Under the pieces are notes generated by a model that was not told where the DNA came from, searched no databases, and worked only from the letters and a program-made list of their open reading frames with translations. Shown here piece after piece: positions 30,615 through 42,700 of a stretch of DNA of 64,000 nucleotides. A program made the translations under genes and the position numbers. Each line of letters begins with the position of its first letter. The stretch's first letter is position 1. Source of the stretch: Naegleria gruberi (Eukaryota); assembly GCA_000004985.1 (NCBI GenBank), contig GG738869.1. One strand, 5' to 3'.

Positions 30615-33600
30615 ATGTCACAACATCAAACAACACTACAACTACTCATTTCCCTGTTTTTATTTTTGATTGTTGTTCAATGCACAGCATCAACAATGGA
30701 ATACAATACTAGTCTATCATTTGGTATTGATACACTGGTTGGCTATGATCCGAATAATGGAAATAATCTTCCTTCAATATATGCCAATTTGAATCCCAAT
30801 AATTTGACATTTGGCACGAATACAAAGATAATGTTCATGTATGATGGTGTTAGGAATGCCATCATGAAACTTGATCTGAAAACAAATCTGATTTCGAAAT
30901 TAATTGATTTAGAATATAGAGCGCTCTCAATATTAGAAACTAGAAATGGAATTTTATTTACAGATGCTCAAGGAAGGAATATTAAAATGTTGGCCAATGA
31001 TTCAATTTCTATTGTGGCAGGAACATTAACAACAGGATATTCAGGTTTGTTGATCTTGGGATGATTTTATTTTAAACTAATATTTGATATTAAAAGGGGA
31101 TGGAATTGCAAACGAAACGAAACTAAACTCTCCAAAGGGATTAATTGAGGATGGTAATGGAAATATTTATTTCATCGATTACTATAATTATAGATTGAGG
31201 AAATTATCAGGTAATATGATTTCAACAATAGCTGGTGATGGAAAGAATGAAAATAATGGAGATGGAGGATCAGCTCTAAAGGCCAACTTGAAAAATCCTT
31301 CCAATCTGGCACTAATTGACCACAACTTATACATTTTATGTGATACAGCAATAAGGAGAATTGATTTAATCACAAGTAAGATTTACAGTTTCTCAGTTGA
31401 AAGTCCATTCAAATTTACTGGAATTTTCCAAGCCAATGGAACAATTTTTGTTCACTCTGCTACTGCAATTGGTAAAATTCAATCCAATCAGAAGATTTCT
31501 ATCATTTCCGGATCAGCATCTGTATCGGGTCCTTCTGTAAATAATATTCCAGCAATTGATGCCTTATTCAAACAAATAAGTTCAATTGGGGTACTTTCGT
31601 CTGAGTTAGGGGATGTTATTTATGTTTATGATTCTTCAAATAATGATATTAGGGTTATTAATGAGACTCGTTTTATTAATCTGTTGGCTGGTGTTAAATC
31701 TTTGAAAGCAAATGTGGATTTATCGGCTCCTTATTTTATTTCTAATGATCCAATTGGACTTGCTGAGCTGATTAATGGTGATTTAGCCTTTTCGCATTCA
31801 GGTGGAATTGCCAAATATTCCAATGGATTGATAACAAACATAGTCGAATCTTCTAGCCCAATATTAGGAATTGCTTTCTATGAGAAAGAGGATGAGCTCT
31901 ATTATGTGGATTCGAACTCAAAAATTAAAAAGCTCAAAGATGGAGAAACGATACACGTAGCAGGAGCATCGAATGGACAAAATGCAGACAACATTCCAGC
32001 ATCAAAAGCATTACTTTCCTCTCCGTATGGAATTTCAATAGATCAAAGCAATGGAGACATTTATTTCACTGAACAATCAGGAAATAGAATACGAAAGATT
32101 TCTCAAGGAATTTTAACAACAGTTTGTGGAAATGGTCAAGCAGGAGATTCTGGAGATAAAGGGGAGTCCATTAAGGCACTAGTGAATAATCCAAGTGGAA
32201 TTCAGTTTACACAAAATGGAGAGATTTATTTCGCTGATTCAGGTAATAATCGTATTCGAAAGATTGTGAACGGTACCATTAACACAGTTGCTGGGGCAAA
32301 TGTTTGTAATGCTAAGGAAGGATCAAAAATGGCCACTGAAACGGTGTTGAGAAATCCAACTTTCGTTTATGTCTATCCGAATGGTGATTTTCTCATAACA
32401 GAAACAAACTCTCATTTGGTGAGAAGAGTTTCAAAAGGATTTATTTACACTATTGCAGGTACTGGACTATCTGGAGAGGGACCTGATTCAGTTCTGGCTC
32501 TTCAATCAGCTTTAACAAGTCCCAAGTCAATCATTCATTCATTTTCAATGAAACGAGTTGTACTAGTTGATAAGACCAATAGAGTGAGAATCTTAACTCC
32601 TTATTGTGAAGAGGGATATGTATTAGATGTTTATGGAGCATTCTGCATTCCTTTCTGTTTTGGAATTCTTGCAAATGATACAAATACTTGCTCTGGAAAG
32701 GGAGAATGTTCTTCATTCAACAGATGTAATTGTGCAGCATCCTATGGAGGAGAACAGTGTAATATTTCTAAATGTTTTGGAGTATTGGCAACTGACTCAA
32801 AGACATGCAGTGGAAGAGGAAAATGTTTGGATGGAATTTGTGATTGTGGAGGTAAATTCATTGGAACTAATTGTGAAATTCCCATTTGCTATGGAAAAGC
32901 TTCAAACGAGAGTGAAGTTTGTGGCGCTCATGGAAAATGTTCTAATTGGAATACGTGCGAATGTTTGGATAAGTATTCAGGCAGTTCGTGTCAATATCCT
33001 ATTTGTTTCGGCATTGCTTCAACCAGCCCTACTGTTTGCAGTGGAAGAGGAGTATGTACAGGACCAGATTCTTGTAATTGTCAATCTGGATCTTCTGGTA
33101 CTATTTGTGAAGTATCGAGAGAAGAAATTGACAAACAGAATCGAGAGAGAATAATCATAATAATTAGCTCAGTTTCAGGCTCCTTATTCTTATTATTCTG
33201 CTGTATTATTTGGACAATATCGGTATTCATATTCACCAATAGAAAGCTCAACCAACGACACAATGCAGAGCTAGATATGGAAAAGAAACTTCTTGAATTT
33301 GAGTTCAATGATTCACAATCTTCAGTCAGGGAATCAGTCTACCTCTTTTCACAACACCAGAAACCATACTTGATACCAATAGAAGATATTACATTTGTTA
33401 AAAAGATTGGAATTGGAGGATTTTCAAATGTTTATTTGGGAAAGTGGAACCAGTCGTTTGTGGCTGTCAAATCTGTTGAAAATCAAGACGATAGAGCTGA
33501 TGATGTATTTGAAAAAGAAGCACAAACTTTGTGTGCCCTCAAACATCCAAATATTATCACTTTTTATGGAATTTCATTTTCAGAGAGCAGAAAATTGCTG

Positions 33601-34371
33601 ATTGTGGAATATTTTGAAAAGGGAAGTTTAGATAAGTACATTGAAGCACTCACTACAAGGAAGATTAATTGCTCTCTAGAGAAAAAGATCAATTACTTGT
33701 TGCATATTGCTAATGGAATGGCCTATCTTCACTCGTACAAACCTAATCCTATTGTTCACAGAGATTTGAAACCAGCCAATGTTTTAATGTCAGAGAATGG
33801 AATTCTCAAGATATGTGATTTTGGATTGAGTAGAAGTTTGAATTACGAAACCAAGTCAGCCATGACATCCAATATTGGAAGTTTCTATTATTTGTCTCCA
33901 GGTAAGTTGTTTTTGGGTAGTTTATAATAATTTGATCTAAATCTGAAAGAAATGTTAAATGGAAGCAATCAAAAGAAATATGCAACTGCTTTGGATGTGT
34001 TCAGTTTTTCAATCATTGCTTGGGAATTACTTTTTGAAGAGGGAAATCCATACGATTATTCCAACAGAACAAAAGTATTTTATACAATGAATGAGGAAAA
34101 ACAGCTTCGATATGAAAAACTCAGTCCATTTAATGTTCCAACTCTTGTTTCTCAAGGCCTGAGACCACCAATTCCATTCGATTCGTCCGAAAGTTGTAAA
34201 GATTGGTGTAGCTTATTCGCAACCTCTGAAAAAGAACATTATCTCATTATTTTACAATTAACTGATTTGATTAAGCGTTGTTGGGATGAAAGACCCGAAC
34301 AGAGACCTTCATTTATAGAGATTGTGAACATATTATCTCAATTCGAAACTTATTTCTCACATGATTTGTAA
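30615..34371 (+). CDS. Receptor-type protein kinase: signal peptide, NHL repeats, tenascin-type EGF repeats, TM helix and a TKL/Ser-Thr kinase domain; join(30615..31044,31097..33901,33950..34371)
   Basis: Signal peptide 'LLISLFLFLIVVQCTAS'. NHL repeats recur ('GNRIRKISQG', 'NNRIRKIVNG', 'YNYRLRKLSG'). EGF units 'CSGKGECSSFNRCNC', 'CSGRGKCLDGICDC'. TM helix 'IIIIISSVSGSLFLLFCCIIWTISVFIF'. Kinase 'HRDLKPANVL', 'DFGLSR', 'SPE|MLNG' split by intron 2. Introns are 31045..31096 (52 nt) and 33902..33949 (48 nt, GTAAGT). Total length is 3657 nt, in frame. Confidence 0.8.
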
Positions 34372-34670
34372 GATAATGGAAGAGTTTCGTTGGAAATAGA
34401 GTCAGGACTTGTATGTTGTGCTGGCCCTTTCACTGGAGTAATATCTCTAGTAGAAAGTTCCTAATAAAAATTGGTCTATTTAGTCTTTCTGTTGACAGTT
34501 GTGTTTTCTTCCCATCTCAAAAATTCTAAAAGAGGGCAGTTATCTTCTGTAAAAATTCAAGAATCATTAAGCTAGCGGATGTGGTTCGTTTGACATTTGG
34601 AATATTTAACCTAAATTTGACAGAATATTAAAAACAAGAAAATTCAATAAATAAATTCTAAAAAAGTTAT

Positions 34671-36719
34671 TTAATCAGATAAATCTTCAAAGCATCTGCC
34701 TTCCTTTCTCATCAAATCAATGTGTGAATCAGCAACTCTGTCATCAACACCCTCAATATTCTTAATGATATCCTTGATGACATTGTAAGCTCTTGTTCCA
34801 AAACCTGAAACACCTCCACACAAATATAAATTTCCTTTTGATCTACTGAGCATTTGATAAACCTTTTCCTTGTTTTCATAAATGGCATCAGCAATCATCT
34901 TTCTGTCAGTTCCAGAGTAAGCAAAATGAGATTCAGAAATGAGACCATCCTTAACAGCTTGTTCAATTTCCTTCTTGTAAATAACTTCTTCAGGTCCTCT
35001 AACACCATAGAACAAAATTGAAGGACCGAATTTGATGTTTGGATTTCTCATTTGTTGAACTCTTCTTTCATCAATAAATCCTCTGAATGGAGCAATACCT
35101 GTACCACCAGCAATACAAACGATTGGTGTTTCAGGATTTTCTGGAAGTCTGAATGAAGAAGTTCTGATAACAACAGGACATGCAATAGATGGTTTGCACT
35201 CTGACAAGTAGTTGGAACACAATCCAAAGAATGTCTTGGTATTATCAATTGGCTGTACAAGTGGACCGTAGGTAATTCTCAAAATTTTTCCTTCTCCTCT
35301 CTTCTTTCTTTCTTCATTTTCTAATCTAGATGAAGAAATTGAATAGTATCTTGGTTGATTCTTTGGTAAGATACCAATGAGATCTTGCCATGTCACCTTA
35401 ATGGATGGGAATTTCTCTAACATATCTACAATATTTAACATTTTGTTCTTGACTTCAGTCAAGTATTTTTCACTCTTCCAAGATTCCAATGTAGCTTTTT
35501 CTTCGGCATTGGTTGCCTTGTCTGCCAAGAAACCTAATAAAGAAGGAGAAACGACACCATTCAAATCAAAGAATTGAGACATGGCCTGATATAAAGTAAT
35601 TGGGCTATCTCTAGTGGCAATAAATGGTGGCAATTCAATACTACATGTTGGTGTTTCAAGAGTAAAGATAATTTCCTCCATAGGCAAATCCAATTTCAAG
35701 AAACTTTCCAATCTTTTAACAAGAGATGATGGATTGGTTGGGAAAATGCAAATATGGTCACCAGTCTCATAATCTATTGGAGTTCCTTCAATATCAAACT
35801 CAATCTCAAGACGTAATCTATTGGATTCTGGACATAAATTCTTTACGGATTGAATCTTCAATGGGAATGGGTTCTTTGGTGAAACTGGTGAGCTGGCATC
35901 ATAGGAACGAACAAATTGTCTTAACTTGTCTCTATATTTGGCTTTATCTAGAAGACGAAAAAAATGCTTGCCATTTGTTGTCACACCTTCTCCCATTTGA
36001 CTTGTTTCACTTTGAGATGGTACTTGGCATGAAGATGCAGTAGATGAATTGGATGTTTCATTTTCCTTTTGTTTCAAGAATTCAATAAATTCATTCTTCC
36101 AATTTTCAAAATCAGTTTCAATACCTTCTTCACCACCATCGTCTCCTTCACCTCTCTTGAATTGTAAATCACTTCCCAAATCCTTTAAACGTTGTTCCAT
36201 TCTTTTACCAACAGCTTGATATCTTTCAGGGAAGTTGGCAGAATTTCCCAAACCAAAAATTGCATAATTTGGTGCATTGTTTTTGAAATCCAAACTCTTA
36301 GTATTGTCACTCATAAAAAATTCATAAAATGGTTTAGCATTGTCAGTTGGTTGACCTTCACCGTAGTTTGACATGATAAATAATACAATATTATACAAAT
36401 CATTTTTTTGTAAGCCAAATGACAAGGCCCTTTCTGGTTCAATATCACTCAAATCAACAACTTTAACACTTGACAAGAATGATGGATTTTTCTCCATCAA
36501 TTCGCTCTTCAAACCTTCAGCAAACATTTGTGCAGTTCCCGTTTGTGACCCATAACAAATTAACAAGTTTGTCTTGGACATGTCGACAAGACTTGCATGG
36601 AACTGTCTCATACATGCTGCTTTAAAAACACTTGTATTGGTATTCATTCTATGTTGACCAGAGCATGCATTGCGAAGTAATACACTGCAAGCATTCATTT
36701 TCAGTTTATTCATCATCAT
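34671..36719 (-). CDS. NADPH-dependent diflavin oxidoreductase (CPR/sulfite-reductase-alpha-like: flavodoxin-FAD-NADP) with N-terminal presequence
   Basis: FMN 'LICYGSQTGTAQ', 'YAIFGLGNS'. FAD 'RYYSISSS'. NADPH 'CIAGGTGIAPFRGF', 'LYLCGG'. The first ATG is at 36719 (the track start at 36725 is GTG). The N-terminal ~45 residues 'MMMNKLKMNACSVLLRNACSGQHRMNTNTSVFKAACMRQFHASL' are basic, hydroxylated and free of acidic residues. Confidence 0.85.
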   Translation of the reverse strand: MMMNKLKMNACSVLLRNACSGQHRMNTNTSVFKAACMRQFHASLVDMSKTNLLICYGSQTGTAQMFAEGLKSELMEKNPSFLSSVKVVDLSDIEPERALSFGLQKNDLYNIVLFIMSNYGEGQPTDNAKPFYEFFMSDNTKSLDFKNNAPNYAIFGLGNSANFPERYQAVGKRMEQRLKDLGSDLQFKRGEGDDGGEEGIETDFENWKNEFIEFLKQKENETSNSSTASSCQVPSQSETSQMGEGVTTNGKHFFRLLDKAKYRDKLRQFVRSYDASSPVSPKNPFPLKIQSVKNLCPESNRLRLEIEFDIEGTPIDYETGDHICIFPTNPSSLVKRLESFLKLDLPMEEIIFTLETPTCSIELPPFIATRDSPITLYQAMSQFFDLNGVVSPSLLGFLADKATNAEEKATLESWKSEKYLTEVKNKMLNIVDMLEKFPSIKVTWQDLIGILPKNQPRYYSISSSRLENEERKKRGEGKILRITYGPLVQPIDNTKTFFGLCSNYLSECKPSIACPVVIRTSSFRLPENPETPIVCIAGGTGIAPFRGFIDERRVQQMRNPNIKFGPSILFYGVRGPEEVIYKKEIEQAVKDGLISESHFAYSGTDRKMIADAIYENKEKVYQMLSRSKGNLYLCGGVSGFGTRAYNVIKDIIKNIEGVDDRVADSHIDLMRKEGRCFEDLSD

Positions 36720-36725
36720 CTTCAC

Positions 36726-37359
36726 TTAGTGGATGTAGTAACAGATGTGTGTGTGGATGTATTTTTTTTGAATCTTTAATTGTTCCTTCATCAATTATTG
36801 ATTCTTTTCATATAATATTATCATCGGGATGATGATTCATTCCTTTTGAGCAATTATGAGAATATTCAAATGCATGTATGTGTTTTATCTGAACGCACTA
36901 ATGGATTCTGAACTCTATTAATTTCTTTAATTGGCACTCGTAAAATCTTTAAATCTGTAGAGGGAGATGAAGAAAAAACAAGTCCCGTTACCCCTCATCT
37001 TCAATTTATTACCATCTCTTGTGTGAGTCATAGGCTGTCATCCGTTCAAGCAATTCTAATGAACAATGTTGTAGAAACAAGCAAAAATGAAGACCATTAA
37101 AGGAAACTAGTAATTTTTGGCGGGAGGTGTATGAAAGCTCTATTGGTACGCACAAATGGGTTTACCACCAATTCTGAACAAAAAAACATTGAAAAATAAT
37201 AAAACTCACAAATGGTGAATCTATTTCAATTAGACAATAAAGTAGCTGTCGTTAGCTGGATGTGTCGTAAGAGAATCTTTTGTTGGCTTTAAATATTCAC
37301 ATTTCTTCTTGTCACTTTGATCAACTAATAACAAAAAAACAACAACACACAACAACAAG
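36726..37359. promoter_or_regulatory. Shared divergent intergenic/promoter region between the diflavin reductase and hybrid cluster protein genes
   Basis: 634 bp lie between the two divergent start codons, with no ORF. Confidence 0.3.
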
Positions 37360-39297
37360 ATGATCAGACAATCTGCTTCTAAGCTTTTCTCTAGAGTTGC
37401 TTCCAAATCCATGCAAGTTAATGCTGGAAAGAATTTGGCTGCCTGTTCCATGATCAAGATGAATCATCAAACAACCACTCAAGCTAGAATGAATTTCTCA
37501 CAACAATACAATATGAATAGATCTGATAAGATGTTCTGTTTCCAATGTGAACAAACACAAAATGGTACTGGTTGCACAACTGTTGGTGTTTGCGGTAAGA
37601 CACCATCAGTTGCTGCATTGCAAGATTTAACCATTTATCAAACTCGTCAATTGTGTGCTTTGGCTACTTTGGCCAAGAGACAAGGATCTGTTGTTCCTTC
37701 ATTGATGGAAAAGGTTGATGACTTTGTTTTGAGAGCCATGTATAGTACTTTGACTAATGTCAATTTTGATGAACTCAGATTTGTCGAATTTTTGAAGGAA
37801 GGTTCTGAATTGACTCAACAAGTCAAGAAGGAAATGTTAGGTGGAAAGATTCCACAAGAATTCTCTGAATTGCTCACTGTCACTGAAACTGATGCTCAAT
37901 TCGATGCCATCTTGAGTCAAGCTACTTCTGCCACAGATGAAGCTACTGGAAAATTGATTGATATGGGTAAATCTGTTGGTGTTCAACCACATCACAAACA
38001 TTATGGAGCTGATACTAATGCTCTCCGTGAATTGCTCCAATATGGTCTCAAGGGTTTGTGTGCTTATACTAAGGAAGCTTCTCTCTTGGGTAAGAATGAT
38101 GCTGCTGTTGTCAATGAATTCATTAGAACTGCCATGTGTACTTTGGCTGGTGTTTCACCTGATGGTAAGGTTGACCCATACAATGCTAATGATATCATTG
38201 GTATGGCATTGAAGTGTGGTGAAGTCAACGTTAGAACTATGCAATTGATGGACGAAGGTGCTTTTGAACGTTTTGGTCAAATGGCTCCAAACAATGTTAG
38301 AACTACTCCACTCCCAGGTAAATCAATCTTGGTTTCTGGTCACGATATGGGTGATTTGTTGGCCATTTTGAAGCAAACTGAAGGAAAGGGTATCAATGTT
38401 TACACTCACGGTGAATTGTTGCCAGCTCATGGTTATCCTGAGCTCAGAAAGTTCAAACACTTAGTTGGTAACTATGGTGGTGCTTGGCAACAACAAAAGA
38501 TTGAATTCTCCAACTTTAAGGGTGCTATTGTCATGACTACTAACTGTATCATTGAACCAAGAAAGCAATATAAGGATAGAATCTTCACTACCTCAGTTGT
38601 TGGTTGGCCAGGTGTCACTCACATTAAGAATAGAGATTTCTCTGCTGTTATTGAAAAGGCTTTGGCTACAGAAGGTTTCCCAGAATCATTTGCCAATGAA
38701 AAGGTTGAACATGTCACAACTGGTTTCGGTCATCGTACAGTTTTGAGTCTTGCTGATGTTATTGTTAATGCTGTTAAGAGAGGTGATATTAAGAGATTCC
38801 ATCTTATTGGTGGTTGTGATGGTACTGAAGGTGAAAGATCATACTATAAGAATATTGCTACATCCCTTCCAAAGGATAACGTTATCCTCACTTTAGGTTG
38901 TGCCAAGTACAGATTCAACAAGATTGACTTTGGTACTATTACTACTCAAGATCCAAAGACTAATTCTGATGTTGCCTTGCCAAGATTGTTGGATGTTGGT
39001 CAATGTAACGATGCTTATGGAGCTGTAGTTATTGCTAGTGCTTTGGCTGAAGCTTTCGGTACTAAGGATCTCAACCAATTGCCACTCAACTTTGTTATTT
39101 CTTGGTTCGAACAAAAGGCTGTTGTTATTTTCTTGACAATGCTCCACCTTGGTTTGAAGAATGTCAGAATTGGTCCAAACTTGCCTGCCTTTATTCCTCC
39201 ATCCACTCTCCAATTCCTCGTTGAAACCTTCAAGTTACATCCAATCAATGCTAAGGATCCTGTTGCTGATATGGAAATGATGCAAAAGGGACTTTAA
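37360..39297 (+). CDS. hcp: Hybrid cluster protein (prismane/hydroxylamine reductase, Hcp) with N-terminal organellar-type presequence
   Basis: N-terminal Cys motif 'CFQCEQTQNGTGCTTVGVCGKTP'. HCP core motifs follow ('GHDMGDL', 'NYGGAWQQQ', 'IGGCDG', 'LDVGQCNDAYGA'). A ~50-aa basic extension 'MIRQSASKLFSRVASKSMQVNAGKNLAACSMIKMNHQTTTQARMNF' precedes the conserved start. Single exon. Confidence 0.9.
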   Translation: MIRQSASKLFSRVASKSMQVNAGKNLAACSMIKMNHQTTTQARMNFSQQYNMNRSDKMFCFQCEQTQNGTGCTTVGVCGKTPSVAALQDLTIYQTRQLCALATLAKRQGSVVPSLMEKVDDFVLRAMYSTLTNVNFDELRFVEFLKEGSELTQQVKKEMLGGKIPQEFSELLTVTETDAQFDAILSQATSATDEATGKLIDMGKSVGVQPHHKHYGADTNALRELLQYGLKGLCAYTKEASLLGKNDAAVVNEFIRTAMCTLAGVSPDGKVDPYNANDIIGMALKCGEVNVRTMQLMDEGAFERFGQMAPNNVRTTPLPGKSILVSGHDMGDLLAILKQTEGKGINVYTHGELLPAHGYPELRKFKHLVGNYGGAWQQQKIEFSNFKGAIVMTTNCIIEPRKQYKDRIFTTSVVGWPGVTHIKNRDFSAVIEKALATEGFPESFANEKVEHVTTGFGHRTVLSLADVIVNAVKRGDIKRFHLIGGCDGTEGERSYYKNIATSLPKDNVILTLGCAKYRFNKIDFGTITTQDPKTNSDVALPRLLDVGQCNDAYGAVVIASALAEAFGTKDLNQLPLNFVISWFEQKAVVIFLTMLHLGLKNVRIGPNLPAFIPPSTLQFLVETFKLHPINAKDPVADMEMMQKGL

Positions 39298-39468
39298 ATT
39301 GCGCCTATTTCTCTATTTCTGTAAAATATAAAAATAAAACATTAAAAAAAATTAAAAATCACCAAGTTTATTCTTTTGCTCTTTAACTCATTTCTAAACT
39401 AAATCAGAGAATTATGTAGCAAAAACAATGAGGAATATTTGAATTTTTTTTTGCAAAGGTTAAAAGGT

Positions 39469-39542
39469 TACAGCGAGCGGGGCTTGAACCCGCGACCTTA
39501 AGCGTGTTAGGCTTACGATCTAACCAACTGATCTATCGCTGC
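39469..39542 (-). tRNA. tRNA-Val (anticodon AAC)
   Basis: The minus-strand sequence GCAGCGATAGATCAGTTGGTTAGATCGTAAGCCTAACACGCTTAAGGTCGCGGGTTCAAGCCCCGCTCGCTGTA folds as a cloverleaf. It has a 7-bp acceptor stem with one G-U pair, a D-arm GATC/GATC, an anticodon loop CUAACAC and a T-arm GCGGG/CCCGC. It is followed by a T-tract. Confidence 0.8.
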
Positions 39543-39712
39543 TTACATTCATTATGAAATGTTTCTTAATATCGATTTACTAAAATACTCAACAGGTCTA
39601 TGGAGGTGCTTTATTTCTAAATTGAAATTTAGTTGCTCAAACGCTGAACCTAAACTAAATGGTTGTTTGATTTTTGTAAGAGACATTAATATTGATATTG
39701 AAACTCTAAAAA

Positions 39713-42700
39713 ATGGCGAAACGATCGTTCACTGATTTGCTAATTGTTACCTTGACTTCCGATGATCATTTCGAAGATATCACCATACCAGAGCACGATT
39801 GTGATTTATTGGCATTAAAACATTTTCAAAAAGTTGCAGCAGAACGTATCGAAAGAAATGAACAAATTTATTCTCATGTTTCCCATCTAAAATCAAGAAA
39901 TCACTCAAATAATTATGAAAAAATTACTAAAAATCCATTTCCGGACAATGATTGTAAATTAGCTTTTTTCAAGGTTTTAAAGTATGATGGCTTGTTGTTG
40001 CAGTTTGCATCGAATGAATTGAGAAATGATCGTGATGTTGTTTTGAGAGCTGTTAAAGAAAATGCAGGTTCTATCGAGGTGGTGAGTGAGGAATTGAGAA
40101 GTGATAGGGAATTTGTGGAGAAGGTTGTTATGATTGCTAAAGATAGAACGAGTTTGTCCACAAAAAGTTTTTTCAAATTTCTTGACAAGTTTCATGATGA
40201 TGAGTTGATTGTTAGAAAGGTGGTGGAGAAACATGTAAATTCTCTCGAGTTTGTATCACCAAGATTGAGAAATGATAGGTAGGTTGTTTAAATATCATTA
40301 CCAAAAGCAAATTCATACACAGAGAGATTGTTTGGAATGCTGTTAAAAGAAATGGATCATCTCTTCAATTCGTTCCAGAACATTTGAAAGATAGAGAATT
40401 GGTTATGCTTGCTGTGAAAACTGATTCCCAGGCACTTCTATTTGCACCAATAGAGTTTTTGAAAGATAAAGAAATTATTTCAAGAGCTGCTAAATTATCA
40501 GGACTTGCTATTAAATATGCCCACACAGAACTTAAAAACGACAGAGAGTTTGCTTTAGAGATGGTAAAGTTGAGAGCACTTGGTTATAATTATCTTTCGG
40601 AAGATCTAAGAGGAGATCGGTAAGTTGTTTGTGAAACTGTTGCAACAGTAATGAACGGAAAATTAGGGAAATTGCATTGGCAGCTATGAAGTCAATGCCA
40701 ACTTGTCTAAGAATGGCACCTAATCACATCAAAGATGATTTTGAAATTGTTTCCATTGCGGTTACGAAAAATTTATCAGCTCTTGTGTTTTCCTCACAGA
40801 GATTCAAAGATGATACAGACTTTATCTATAACTGTGCTTCAACTGCAAGTCAAATTATTTATTTTCTGAATAATCATGAATCTCTATTAGTAACTAATCG
40901 AGATTTCTGTTTACGGCTCATAGAAAAGAGTTGTGGATATGATTGTTTTAGAAATGCTCGAGATTTTGTGAAATTGGATAAGGAACTATGTCTGAAATTC
41001 ATACAAATACATCCAGATTGTTTGGAAGATGTTAAATGTGAAGATATTCTAAATGACAAACAACTCTTAATGGATTTATTGCCACACAGTGAAAAAATTC
41101 TTCTTCAAATTCCAAATGAGCTTTGTAATGATAGAGAACTCATGATGTGGGCATCGAAAATTCATGACAATGCTCTAAAATTTGCCTCTGAAGAGCTTTG
41201 TGCTGATAGAGAGTTTGTAAATGAGGCATTGCTTTGTGATTTTGGTAATTTTGAGTATTTATCAGAGGAGTTGAGAAGTGATAGAGAGTTAGTGGAAAAT
41301 ATTGTAAAAATTGATGGTTTCAATGTTCAATTTGTACCAGAATTATTTAGAAACAATAGAGAACTAATCATTACTTCAATCAGAAATGCATTCTCAGATA
41401 TTTCTCCATACTTAGGATATCAGTTGAAGGAAGATAGAGATATTATTTTGGAATCTGTGAAAAGATCTGGCATTATAGAAAATCTTCTACACGAGTTTAG
41501 AGATGATAGAGAAATTGTAATGATGGGAATTCAACAATTTGGACCAGAATTTCGATATGCTTCCAAGTTTTTACGTAGCGATAGAGAATTGGCATTAATT
41601 GCCATTAGAAACTTGTGCACTTTAGAGCATATTCCCAAGGAAATATTAGATAGAAAACTTGCCTATGAAGCTTGTAAACGTTCGGCCTTTAATTTAAAAT
41701 TTGCCTCTGAGTATAGAGAGGATGAACTAATTGTTCTTTCTGCATTAAGCAATGAAAATGGGGGTTTATATACCAAATATGTCGGTGAGCGGTTGAAGAA
41801 TGACAGAGATTTTATATTGAAAGCTTCCAAACTTCAACCTAGTATTATTGCTCATATTTCGACTGAGCTTCTCCAAGATAGAGAAATAATCATAAATGCA
41901 CTTTCGCATGATGGAAATGTACTTGCTCATCTACCAGAGGAATTCAAGAGTTGTAGAGAATATGTGGAAATAGCTGCTAACTCAAACCCACATTCACTTA
42001 AATACGCATCAGAAGATTTGAAGCAGGATCCAGAGTTGTTATATAAGGCAATTGCAACAGGGATTGCCAACTCTTTAGTTTCTGAACAATTTTTGGAGGA
42101 TGCTGATGAGTCAACTATACAAAAATGTATTGAAAATGGAGTTTCACTTCGTAGTTTTCCTAAGTCTTTAACCAGTAATAGAAACTTAGTTATTAAGGCT
42201 GTAAATATTAATATGGAGAATCTTAGATATGCATCCAAGGATCTAATTAACAAGGAACTGATTATGGAAATTTCACCAAAAAATTTTGATATATTACTAC
42301 TTCCAATCAAATGGAGAAGTGACAAAGATATTGCTTTAAAGGCTTTGGAAATGAATGGAAAATCAATAATATATATTTCTGATGAGTTGAAAAATGAATT
42401 TAAGCACAACAAGGAAATCCTATTGAAAGCAATGAAAACAGATAGCATTCCATTCCTTTATGCGAGCGATGATTTACAAAACGATCGTGATTTTATTTTG
42501 GAATCTGTTTCAACAAATGGCTTGGTATTGAGATATGTTGCATCCCATTACAAAGAAGATAGGGAAGTAGTTTTAAAGGCAGTTAAAAATCATGGAAATT
42601 CAATTCGTTACGGAGCCAGACATTTCATGAATGATAGAGAAATCATGTGGAATGCAGTTCAAAACTTGGGAGCCAAAATTCTTCCGTGCAATCCATTAAT

